A DNA stretch of 64,000 bases. Source: Hyaloraphidium curvatum SAG 235-1. Its lineage: Eukaryota; Fungi; Monoblepharomycota. The stretch's first letter is position 1; the number at the start of each line of letters is the position of its first letter. The notes under the pieces are model-generated. The model was not told the origin of the DNA. It did not search any database and was given only the letters and a program-made list of their open reading frames with translations. This document shows, piece by piece, positions 21,829 through 33,516 of this stretch. Both the position numbers and the translations under genes were made by a program. Location of the stretch: assembly GCA_025558095.1 (NCBI GenBank), contig JAIVFI010000036.1:124001-188000 (forward strand), in the 5' to 3' direction.

Positions 21829-23199
21829 ATGTCGCAGATCGACCACGTGACGGTCGTGGTTCGCAACATCGATCAGGCCATTTCCAACTACAAGGCCGCG
21901 GGATTCAGCGTCCACCCGTCTCCCGACAACGCGACCGCCGCCGTAGCCCAGGCCTTCGTGCCGTTTGCGGACTACACGTTCATCCGCCTCATTCAATTCA
22001 AAAGCCAACCGACCGCCGCGCCGTACACGACCTTGCGCGCCCGGGTCGAGAATGAGGGCGTGGCGGACATTGCGATTCTGGCCAGGGCGGGAGACCTCGA
22101 GCGACTTCGAACGGCCGCGCCGGGAGTGACCTATTCGGCGGTGGAAGATGATCCGCTGATCAAGGTCAAGCGAATCACCGTGGCCGGGGCCAGCCCTTTC
22201 CCTTCCTTCGTCGCGGATACCGGGGACCGTGGGGCGCGCGGGGTTCCGTTCGGTCCTCAGTTCCTCGTGCACGCCAATGGCGCAAAGGGCATCCGGACCG
22301 CCCTATTCAGCGCCAACGACACGGCGGGATGTGCTGCGAAGCTGGCCGCTCTCGTCGGAGGGAAGACTGAATCCGGGAGGGTGAGGATCGGCCCGGCCGA
22401 CATCAAGATGATCAAGGCCCAGAAGGGCGAGGGCCCCTGTGAGTTCGCGATGCCGAAATCGTCCTTCACACAACTCAGGTGATTTGCACTTCAGACGGTG
22501 TCGACCTGATTGCCGCCTCACCGTCGAGGCTGGACCCGAAGACCACAAACTGGCTCCGGATCGAGTTTGTCACCGCGGCGGGCTGGAACCCCGCGACGGG
22601 CGGCGGCGGCACCGCTCCTCCCCCTGCGCCCAACGTGCCCGGGCCCGCACCTCCGCTGGGTGCCTACTTCTTCCCCTCTGAGGACTCGTTCAAGATGCTG
22701 GTGCAGCTCATTGATTCGGCGAAGCTTACTATAGATGCCGCTGTCTATGCCTTCTCGAGCAATGACCTGCTCTACGCGCTGGATAGGGCGCGGCAGAGGG
22801 GTGTCAAGCTGAGGATGATCAGCGAGGGAGACACCGTGGACAACAAAGGAAGCGACGTCAACACCGTGAAGAGCTGGGGCGTCGAAGTCAAGATCCGGCA
22901 TGCGGCGGTGAGCACGGTCGCCAATCTCGATGCCCGAGTCGAGCTGACCCTGGTCTCACTCCGTCAGCCCAAGCTAATGCACCACAAGTTTGCTGTTGTG
23001 GACAATGCTTACGTGTCCACGGGCTCGTTCAACTGGACTGCTGCAGCACGAGCGTGAGGCTCATGAAGCTTTGTAAATCGCCGTTTCGTCGCTCACTCTT
23101 TCCTGCAGAGACAACAACGAGAACATTGTCATCCTGAACGATCCCAACATCATCAAGGCGTTCAACGCCGAGTTCCAGAAGCTCTGGGGCTCGCTGTGA
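21829..23199 (+). CDS. Glyoxalase-like (VOC) domain fused to a single-HKD phospholipase D (Zucchini/Nuc-like) domain
   Basis: N-terminal IDHVTVVVRNIDQA...HANGAKGI; Pro/Gly linker; IDSAKLTIDAAVYAF, LMHHKFAVVD, TGSFNWT, NNENIVI. Introns at ~22439-22494, ~22907-22967 and ~23054-23108. Confidence 0.85.
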
Positions 23200-23384
23200 T
23201 ACCCGGACGGCGAAAAGGCTGGCATCGCTATGCAGCGTGTTTCGCGCCAGTGCGCTATGTAATTGTACATTATCCCAAGAGACAAGAGTCAGGGCCTTGG
23301 TGGTGGCAGAGTGGTGCATGTGCAGATTTTCGTTTTGCATCCTGCGCCGCAATCTCATCCGCGGCGGCGTGAGTGCCCGGCGCT

Positions 23385-26300
23385 TCAGTCGTGCTTGAAG
23401 ACGATGCAGCAGCGGCTGGGGACGTAGGTCTGGAACGAAGCTCTTTAGCAAATCGTTCGACGGATCCTGCAGGCCCACGAGCATACCTTGAACGAGTACG
23501 GCCTGCCGCAGAACTCCTCCTTCTCCGGGACGAACACGACGCCCTCGTCGACCCTGCCGTGCCCCGCAAACTCCTTATTGTCCGAGGTGAGCACGATGCG
23601 GTGGTCCCTGCCCCACGCGGTGCCGATGCGGTAGTCCGTGTGCGAGTTGGAGTGGTGGAAGTTGAAGACGAAGAGCAGGTCGCCGCGCTCGAAGACGAGG
23701 ATCTTGTCGGACTCGTGCTTGAGCGAGATGTACGTCTGCGGGGTGCTATAAGGCACCGATCTGTGCGAACTGCAGCGGAGTCGGACGCACGTCGGGCTTC
23801 GACAGCCAGTGGTACTTCTCCTCCGTGTCCTGCATCGCCTTGTCCCAGCGGTTCAGGTACTTGTACCGCAGCAGCCCGTCCTCGGTGAGGTTGTACTGCC
23901 TGCGCGCGTACCAGAACGAGGCGTTGTTGCCCGCGCGCGGGAAGTCGAGCCACTCGGGGTGCCCGAACTCGTTGCCCATGAAGTTGAGGTAGCCCTCGCC
24001 GCCGAGCGCGTGGGTGACGAGCCTGCCCGCCCCGGAAGGTGAGAAAACGGTCCCGCACATACCGCGCCGTCAGCCGCACCTGATCATCTTGTGCAGCGCC
24101 ATGCCGCGGTCGATCACGGGCGTCCACGGAGTGAGGTCGCTCATGTGAGTGTACATCTCCTTATCCATGAGCCAGAACGCGATGGTCTTGTCCCCCACCA
24201 GCGCCTGGTCATGCGACTCGGCGTACGCGATGGTGGCTTCCTTGTACCGCCGGTTGTTGAGCGTCCACGCGATGGCGCCCATGTCCCAGTCCTCGTCCGC
24301 GGTGTGCTTGAGGATCTTGATCCACATGTCGGGGATGGCCATGGCAAGGCGGTAGTCGAAGCCGACGCCGCCCTCGGTCACGGGCCGGCAGAGCGTGGGC
24401 ATGCCCGAGACGTCCTCGGCGATGGTGACGGCGTGCGGGTACAAGCTATGAACCATGTCGTTGGCCTGACGAGATCCGGATCAGCATCATCCCAGGTGGA
24501 CGCCACGTCGACCCACCAGCATCATGTACAGCACGGCATCGAGGTCCACGGGGTCTCCAAAGTAGTCCCCGTACCCCCCTCCGAACCCGGTCCCAAGCCC
24601 GTGGTGCTTGTACAGCATCGACGTGACGCCATCGAAGCGGAACCCGTCGAACCGATACTCCCTCATCCAGTAGCGCAGGTTGGACAGCAGGAACCGCATC
24701 GTCTCGTGGTTCCCGTAGTTGAACAGCCGCGAGTCCCAGAGGTCGTGGTTCCCGCGCGGCCCGCCGTGGAAGAAGTGGTGGTCCGACCCGTCGAACATGT
24801 TTAGCCCGTCCTCGACGTTCTTGGAGGCGTGCGAGTGGACGACATCGAGGAGGACCATGATGCCCATTCCGTGCGCCGTGTCGATCAACTCCATGAGCTC
24901 CTCGGGGGTGCCGAAGCGGCTGCTGGGGGCGAAGATGTTGGTGACCTGGTAGCCGAAGCTGGCGTAGTAGGGGTGCTCCATGATGGCCATGAGCTGGATG
25001 GTGTTGTAGCCCAGGTCCTTGACGCGCGGCAGCACCTGCTCCCTGAACTCGCGGTACGAGGCGCACTTGGGCTCGGGCGAACAGATTCCGACTGCACAAT
25101 CCGTCAGGGCCGGCGGCAACGGCGGACGGGGAGGCAACCCACCGTGCGACTCGTAGATCCGGACCGCCCGCGGCTGCGGCGGGCTCGGATTCTTCCAGAC
25201 GTACTTTTCGGGGGGGTTCCAGAACACGCCTGTGGTTGAATGGTAAGGAGGAGTGCCGATGGACGGCAACAGAAGGACCCACCGTCATAAATGGGACTAA
25301 CTGTGGGTAATTGGAACCATTTTGGTCAGAGGTAAGCCTCCACCGGCTATCCGAACGACCCACCCGACAGGTCCTGCGTCGCCCGTGTGATCCACGCCGG
25401 AATCCTGTATATCCTCCGCCCGCCGTCGAGCTCGAAGCACACCTTGATCTTCGTGTTGTGCGGGATCCCCGGTGACCCGTCGGGCTTGTTCGGCACGAGC
25501 ACCTCCCAGTGCCCAAAGTCGAGCTTGGTCATCCTGCACGAGTCCTGGTCCCAGTTGTTGAACTCGCCCATCAGGAAGGCGGCCTTGGCGTTGGGCGCCC
25601 ACTCGTGGTAGAGGATGCCCTCGTGGGTCTGGTGCAGGCCGAAGCGCTCGTAGGAGCGCGTGAACTTGTCCATGCCGCCCTCGTCCTTGTCGATGCGCTG
25701 CTTCCAGTTCTGGTACAGCTCGAATCTGTGGGGAACGAACCATTGGTGTGGGTCCGCCGGGGGTCGACGGGCCCGCCGCTTCCGGGACCCACCTGTTCTC
25801 CATGTACTTCTGGTACGGCTTGAGCCACGGGTCGAGATCGATCAGGGCCTGGACCGAGCTCGGCGGGCCGGCGTCCACGGCCTCGGTTTTCTCCTCCAGG
25901 GGTACCGACTTCGCCGCCTTTGCCGCCGGGGCGGCTGCCGCGGGCGCTGCCGCCGTTCCTTTGACCTCGGTTGCCCGTAGCGCCTTCTCCACCGCCTCCT
26001 CGATGAGCCCCAGCTTCTCCGCGAAAGCGATGCGCGCGGCGTCCGCGTCCCCGTCCGGCGCCGAGGCCGGCCCCCTCACCAGCGCCTCGACCTCTGCGAT
26101 GCGCGCGTCAAAGTCCGCCGCGGCGCCCTCCGTGCCGCCCAGCGCGGCCAGCGCGCCGTGTGCCTGCGCCTTGACGCCCGCGACCAGCGCCAGCACGCCG
26201 GGCGCGGCCTTGCTGCGGTCCGCGGGCGGCGCCTCGAGCATGTCCATCAGCGCGGCCTTTGCCGCGTCCGACGCGGCCTCGAGCGCCGCGAACGCCGCCT

Positions 26301-26496
26301 CGCGCACGGAGCGCTGCCGCGGCTGCCCCGCGGGGACCGGCGCCCGAACATCGGCACTGAATCGCCTCAGCGTGGACACCGGCACCCCGTTGGCCGCCGC
26401 CGCCACGCGCCGCGGCGGCTCCGTCTCGTCCCGCGGCGACACGATCTCGCTCGCAGGCGTCTTGTTACTCGTCGTCGTGATCGGCGTCGGCGCCAT
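23385..26496 (-). CDS. GLC3: 1,4-alpha-glucan branching enzyme (GH13) with a long Ala-rich N-terminal extension, multi-exon
   Basis: Motifs [51 protein letters not shown] and [19 protein letters not shown]. Confidence 0.95.
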
Positions 26497-26708
26497 CGCG
26501 ATGGACGCCGGCGTTCGGCAAGCAGGAATCGTCCCTGGGAGAAAGAGAGGACCCCGGATGTCAACTCCGGTCCCACCCGCGAATCGAAGATTGCATTCCG
26601 ATCAGGCGTCGTCTTAGCGGGTCCGGGTATCGTGCATCTACATAGAACGGACGTATCTACCATGCCGAATATCAGGTATCGATGGGTGCGCCTTCCCCAC
26701 GGGCAGGA

Positions 26709-28376
26709 TCAGTCGTTCCGCGAGATGCGCAGGGTCCTCTTGATTACCGAGCTGCGCGTGCGGAACGCAAGGTCAGCAACCGGGCGCAGTTGGATCGACT
26801 GCCACAGAGCCACGCACCGACGGTCCGGAGGCACGAACTTGTCTGCATGGCCCGGGACAGTGGTCAGGGTCCGCCAAGCCCGGAGTTTCGCGCCACCCCA
26901 CCTGCGTAGTATAGGTACGACTCCCCACCCGCCACGTCGTTGCCCTCCCACGAGATTACCGTCGGGTACCACGCCCTGCTCCCGTCCACCGAGGTCGTGA
27001 GCAGTCTCGGCGCGTCCCAGCTCAGGCAGTCGTCGCTCGCCGAGACGTACAGCTTGAGGTCCCAGCCGTGCCAGACGAGCACCCAGCGCTGAAGCACAGT
27101 GTTCCAGTGCAGCGACGGGTTGCCCCCGGGGACGGAGGCCAGGTTGGGCAGGGGCAGGAAGCGCCCGCCCATGCCGGGGGAGAGGAAGCCACGGTTCCAG
27201 CCGATCCACTTGCGCCACGACCCCGGGGCCCCGTCGGGATCGTAGCTGACGGCCACCCCGAGGAAGCGCTCGGAAAACACCATGATCCAGCGGCGGTTGG
27301 CGGAGTCCCAGTTGGCCACGTGGTTGCCGATCCCGCCGTGCCTGGGCTGGTCGTCGGGGGGGCGGCGCTCGCGCGAGGTGAGAATCACGCCGCGGTCCTC
27401 CCACGTCAGGCCCTCGTCGTAGCTGTGGGAAAGGCCGATGGAGCCCCAGGCCGGGCCGCCCGCTCCCTGATATGGCCTGAAGTCGGGGTGGAAGGTCAGC
27501 GCCTCGCCGGTAGAGCGAGATCACGATCGCCGTGGACGCACCAGAACCCGTCCTCCATGTGCGTGAACGCCACGAAATGCCTCCTGTTCCCATCCGTCGG
27601 GTGCCTGTGCACGGACATGAGCCAGCGCCCGCCGTTGGCGACCCCCGGGGCGCCGGTGCGGCCGCCGTAGAACCAGCGGTTGGGCTCGACGCGGTTCTGC
27701 GCTTCGAGCATGGGGGTGGGGCCGCGGGAGCGCCAGTTCTGGCAGTTGGACCTGTAATGAAAGGGTGGGATGTCAGATCGGGGGAGATCGGAGGTAAAGG
27801 CACGGACCAGAAGACGATCCAGTCGCCGGAGACGGATTGGACCGCCGAGATGTGGCTGTCGGGAAACACGTGGTAGTCCTCGATCCCGGCGTTATTCTGC
27901 CCCGGGTGCGTCGTAAATGAGCTGCGATCGGCGGATCTGGCGGGAAATGCGGCCCACCGGCACGTCCAGCCAGCCCTCGAGGCCGGCGTTCCAGTTGTAC
28001 GACGGCCCGCGCTTGGTCAGGTTCCGAGCGCCCAGGGGGTGCGCCGCGGCGCAGGCTGCCCGGAGCGGAACTCATTAGCATCCGAGCGTGTTGCAGAAGG
28101 GGTTCCGGGGGTCGGGCACGCACCAATGAGCGAGAAGAGAACCGCCAGGGCCGGGGCCAGCCGCGCGCAGGTTGACAGCCGCGCGCCGCCCCCCCGCCCG
28201 CGCGATTCCTTTGCGGCCCAGCCCTCCGGAGCATGCAACTCGTCCGAGGCCCGGGCGCGCTTGCGGTTTGCCGGGGCGAGGTGCGCGGGTGCGCGGTCCA
28301 GGGGCTCCAAGGCGAGGTCCCCCGAGCGGAGTTGGCGGCGCGCGCCGGGGCGGTCCCCGCGCGCGGGGGCTAGCAT
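26709..28376 (-). CDS. Putative secreted or anchored glycoside hydrolase-like five-bladed beta-propeller protein; ends uncertain
   Basis: FPDSHISAV, NGGRWLMSV, WGSIGLSHSYDEGLTWEDRGVILTS (Asp-box-like), GNPSLHWN, WYPTVIS; hydrophobic N-terminal segment. Confidence 0.55.
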
Positions 28377-28857
28377 TGGCGTTTCTGGCGCCGGGAGAAC
28401 GTGCTGGCAGGTGCCGGATAGCGTTGCCCGGGGCAGGACAAGCGTGCCGGTCGTCGGAATTGCGCGTTGATGACCAGTTGCCGGGGGCGGTGGGAGGTGG
28501 GTTTGCCGGACCCCTGGTCAGCGCATTTTTTCGTCTCCAAAACCCGGCATGCCGCAAGATCTGTTCAGCTGCCTGTATGTGCAACCGGACTTTGGGCCGG
28601 GGGGCGATGTTGATTAGGGAGCAGCTGTGTGTATCATCGTGAGAGAGATAGCTGGGCAGCGAAACGGAGCCGGGGCCCGGCAATGCCACGCAGAGAGTAA
28701 TTGGATCGTTCTCTATTGAAATCCAGGCTTGGAAGAAGCATTGCTGAAGCGCAGCTCGCGGATCGTGCGTGAAAGTGCTAACCGAGTCGGGCAAGGTAAG
28801 ATGTCGCATCGGATCGGCACGCAAAGGCACCTTCACTTCGCTCCCGACGACGCCATC

Positions 28858-30641
28858 ATGAGCTCCGCGGCCGCGACGCGGCTAATGCGGCCGACGGCCC
28901 GCGTGCTCCGGTCCGCGCCGGCCGCGTGCGCCTTTGCGTGCGCGTCGCCGCCTGCGCCGCCCGCCGGCCCGCTCGCGGGGGCCGCGCCCCGCCGCCGCGC
29001 CCCGCGCAGCCCGGCGCTCTCTGTGCGATGGCTGGCGACCGCGGCGCCCGGCATCGAGGCGCCGCCGAAGGACGCGCCGAAGCTGCCCGGTGCGTGGGCC
29101 GACGCTTCCGACGGCGTGGAGCATGCTCACACGGAACCCGCCCCAGCCGTGCCCGGCTTCGAGGAGACCGTCGTGCGCTCGGCGTCGGGCCGCCCCATCT
29201 ACCTGGACATGCAGGCGACGACGCCCACAGACCCCCGCGTGGTCGAGGCCATGCTGCCCTACTTCACACAGTACTTCGGCAACCCGCACTCGCGCACGCA
29301 CCAGTACGGCTGGGAGTCGGAGGAGGCCGTCGAGACCGCGCGAAAGGTGGGCCCCGACCCGCTTCTTCGGGCAGGGGACGTCCCTGATCTCCGATCCGGC
29401 CGACAGCAAGTCGCGGACCTCATCGGCGCCGACCCCAAGGAGATCATCTTCACCTCGGGCGCGACAGAGTCAAACAACACCGCCATCAAGGGCGTGGCAA
29501 AGTTCTACAGGTCCAAGAAGAAGCACGTCATCACCACCCAGACCGAGCACAAGTGCGTGCTCGACTCGTGCCGCTACCTCCAGCAGGAGGGCTTCGACGT
29601 CACCTACCTGCCCGTCCAACCCAACGGGCTCGTTGATCTTGAGGTGCGCGGCTACTCGGTCGCGGTTTTGGGACGCCTCTCGTAACCAGGTTACCGTTCG
29701 CCGCGCAGGTCCTCAAGGCCGCCATCCGCGAGGACACGGTCCTGGTCTCGGTCATGACGGTCAACAACGAAATCGGCGTGATCCAGCCCATCGCCGAGAT
29801 CGGCAAGATCTGCCGCGAGCGCAAGGTCTTCCTGCACACGGACGCCGCGCAGGCCGTCGGCAAGATCCCCATCGACGTCAACGCCATGAACGTGGACCTC
29901 ATGTCCATCTCGGGCCACAAGGTCTACGGGCCCAAGGGCATCGGCGCCCTGTACGTGCGGCGGAGGCCGAGGGTGCGGCTGGAGCCGCTGCTGAGCGGGG
30001 GCGGGCAGGAGCGCGGGCTGCGCAGCGGGACCGTGCCGACGCCGCTGGTCGTCGGGCTGGGCAAGGCGTGCGAGATCGCCAAGGCGGAGATGGTCCAGGA
30101 TTCGGAGCGGATCGCGGGGCTGTCGCAGAGGCTGCTGGACGGCATCTTTTCGCAGGTGCCGCACGTGACGCGGAACGGCGACCCGGAGCGGTCCTATCCC
30201 GGTTCGTCGCAGCGCGGAGACCCCATCTACACCCTCGCTGACTCCGCTCGCTGCGCGATCCCAGGCTGCGTCAACATTTCGTTCGCCTACGTCGAAGGCG
30301 AATCCCTCCTCATGGCCCTGAAGGACATTGCCCTCTCCTCCGGCTCGGCCTGCACCAGCGCCTCGCTCGAGCCCTCGTACGTCCTGCGCTCCCTGGGCGT
30401 GGACGAGGACATCGCACACTCCTCCATCCGCTTCGGCATCGGCCGGTTCACCACAGAAGAGGAGGTTGATTACGCGGTCAAGAGGGTGGTGGAGCACGTG
30501 GAGCGGCTGAGGGAGATGAGCCCGCTGTGGGAGATGGTGCAGGAGGGGATCGATCTCAAGACGATCCAGGTGGGCTCGCCGCCGCGGCGGGGGAGGGCGA
30601 TGGGACTGACCCGATCTTGTTTCCAGTGGAGCCAACACTGA
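28858..30641 (+). CDS. NFS1: Mitochondrial cysteine desulfurase
   Basis: Presequence-like N-terminus; [47 protein letters not shown] and C-terminal WSQH. Confidence 0.97.
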
Positions 30642-30876
30642 GCGCTTGTCATCACGCTTGCGGGGGGATAGGAGGGGTTGTCGACGTTCAGATGTACTTC
30701 TGCATAGTTTCGATCCCGTTTTCCGGCACTTATCAATCTGGTCATCTGAGGAGGTTGACTACTTCCCGAGCGGCGTCGTCAGGCTGCCAAGCGTCACTGT
30801 ACACAAAGGCCCGAGGAGCCCCGAGGAGCCGAGAGCCCTCTCAAGCCGCTCCATCGCCCTTCCTCGCACTACTGCG

Positions 30877-31534
30877 ATGGCCTCCGCACCACCTCCGGCG
30901 GCCGGCGCGCCCTCCGGCTCCGGCGCGCCCCCCCCGCGGCGCAAATCCGCGCTCGACAAGATCCCGCGCTCCCGCCCGCCCGTGCCCCCGCGGACCGTCA
31001 TTCAGGCCGTGCAGCAGTTCCAGCTGGACCCCATGAGCCCCGAGTACCAGGAGTACAAGTACATGATCCTCCGGAAGCACCGGACGAGGTAGGGAGGCCC
31101 GCGCGGGATGTTGGCGGCGGCTGACCGCGGGGCAGGAATTTCGCGGTGGCGGGGACGATCGCGGCGTTTGTCGTGGGAACTTGTGAGTGTTTGCTGTGGG
31201 GCGATGGGGTGCGGACGGGGTGGGGGCGATCGATCCTGTTCGCCGGGTTTCTGGAAGCGGAGGGTAGCGTCGGCGTGCCCAGGCGGGCGTTGGTGGCGGC
31301 AGCCGCGGGTCTGGTGCCGTCTTCCATTTGAAGCCTTCGCTCAAGATGACAGGAAGGCTGCTCGGCGAGGCTTATGGCTGTAGTGGCTTCGGCCTTCCCT
31401 ATGTCGAAACCGGTTCTAACCGTCCCTTCCCGCCGCTTCATCAAGATTACTACACGCTCTGGGCAACAAAGCAGGAGGACTTTGACATGACCGCGGATCA
31501 GGCTGCAAAGCCCGCCGCGTCGTCATCCTCGTGA
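30877..31534 (+). CDS. COA3: Cytochrome c oxidase assembly factor 3-like, 2 introns
   Basis: Spliced product [31 protein letters not shown] matches the Coa3 TM plus KQEDF motif. Introns 31089-31135 and 31183-31445. Confidence 0.7.
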
Positions 31535-31814
31535 TCCGCGATCACGTGCTCCTGACGGGAGCGGAGGCCGGCGTCGGGGTCGGACGGGACGGATCCTAGC
31601 TTGCTGGTCGCGATGTATCTGTTTTCGCGGCGTCTACTTCACACGAATGACACGGCTTGTGAAAAGTGATTCGCCACCCTGTGGATGGGCCTTCGGTGGC
31701 CCGCCGGAACGGCATTGCCAGCAGGATCGAAGGGAAGAGAGGTCCATCAACCGCTTAGGATTGGCTCCCTCAGTGGTTTCCAACGTTTCGCCGGAGTTTC
31801 GTGAAAGGCGGAGA

Positions 31815-33409
31815 ATGGAGGTGATCATCCGTTTGCCTCCTCGGCTCGGCACCGCAAAAAGTGCCGAAACACCGTCCCCCCTTCTCCCACCTTCCCCGAC
31901 GATGACGCCGCTGTACCTGGCGCTGATGGGGCTCGACCCGGCCACCGGGCGCCCGGAGCTGCGGCCGGAGGCGGGCGTCGACTTCCTGGGCGGCGTGCAC
32001 GACGGCGGCGCGCCGGCGCGCATCTCGGAGCCTGCCGTGCGCAACTGGGTGCTGTCGCTGGCGTCGTCGATCGTGCACCTGCTGCAGCGGCCGGCGGCGT
32101 CGATCGTTGCGGCGTACCCGAAGGCCAACGTGGAGGAGCCGGAGGCCCCAGCCGCCGCCCCCGCCCCCCCGCCCGCCGAGGACTGGGCCGCGCACGAGGC
32201 CGCGCACCGCTTCCCCGAGGCGCACCGCCCGCGCGCGCGCCGCGGCTCGCGCCAGGAGCCCGCCGTGCGCGCAGTGCCGGTGCTGCAGGCGTCGGTCGAC
32301 GACGCCGCGGTGCCGTACACGTACGCCCAGCCCGGCTTCGGCCCCGACCCCGCAACGCTGGCCGCCTTCCTGCACTACAACTACCCGTCGTTCTCGATGA
32401 TGAACGTGCCCGCAAGGGACCACACCGCGCTGGCGCACCAGCCGCCGCTGCAGGTCCAGTGCATCGTGCGCTGCCGCATCCCCACTGAGGACCTGCGCGG
32501 CACCTTCTACCTGCACTACTACATCAACAACCGTGACGGCGAGCACCACATGGCAATCGTGTACGGCGACGACCTGAAGAGCGCCTCGCTCGAGGTCGAG
32601 CGCAAGGGGGAGACGGACTTTGATCGCGTGGCCCGGGGCGCCAGCCTCCGCGCAAACAAGGCCCTCACGGAGGGCGACGGGCCCGATGCCGTGGTGCCCG
32701 CGCCCCTCGCGGAGGACCTGCCGGCGCCGCTGATCCGGATCCACTCGGCATGCTTCACCGGCGAGACCGTGGGCTCGGCTCGCTGCGACTGCGCCGAGCA
32801 GCTGCAGGAGGCCATGAGGCAGATCCAGAAGGAGGGCAGGGGCGTGATCGTGTACCTGAGGCAGGAAGGCCGCGGAATCGGGCTTGCGGACAAGATGAGG
32901 TAGGTCACCAATGGCGGTCCGTATCGTCGATTGATCACTGATCTCCTTCGGTCGACAGGGCCTACAACCTCCAGGACCTCGGCCACGACACCGTCAACGC
33001 CAACCTCATGCTTCATTTGCCAGCCGACGCCCGGACCTACGAGATCGCCTCCCTCATCCTGCAGGACCTCGGGATCGACACCGTGCGGCTGCTCACAAAC
33101 AACCCGGAAAAGATCCAGGGGCTCGCGGAAGGCGGGCTCAAAATCGTCGAGACGCGGAGCATGATTCCGATGAAGTGGAAGGCGCTCATGGTCGCGGACG
33201 GCGCGGCGGAGGAGGACGACGAGGAGCGGGGCCACGGCAGGGCGGGCAACCGTTGCCCGTCGCCGCCAGAATTGTCGTCGGCGCTGCCCGAGTTCAAGGA
33301 GCTGGACGGCTACTTGCTCACCAAGATTGAGCGCATGGGGCACCGACTAGAGGTGCCCCTCGCCGTACTCAGTGCCGCCAAGAAAATGCCCGTATCGGCA
33401 ACGTCGTGA
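31815..33409 (+). CDS. RIB1: GTP cyclohydrolase II, 1 intron
   Basis: Motifs [52 protein letters not shown] and [11 protein letters not shown]. Confidence 0.93.
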
Positions 33410-33516
33410 CGTGGCTCTAGATGGCAGCGGTCTGGGCTGTTTAGAACGTTCTTGACACGGAAGTACACGGGCGGGGTATATGCAAAGCGCCTCCCTGGGT
33501 CCACAAAGGCCAAAGC

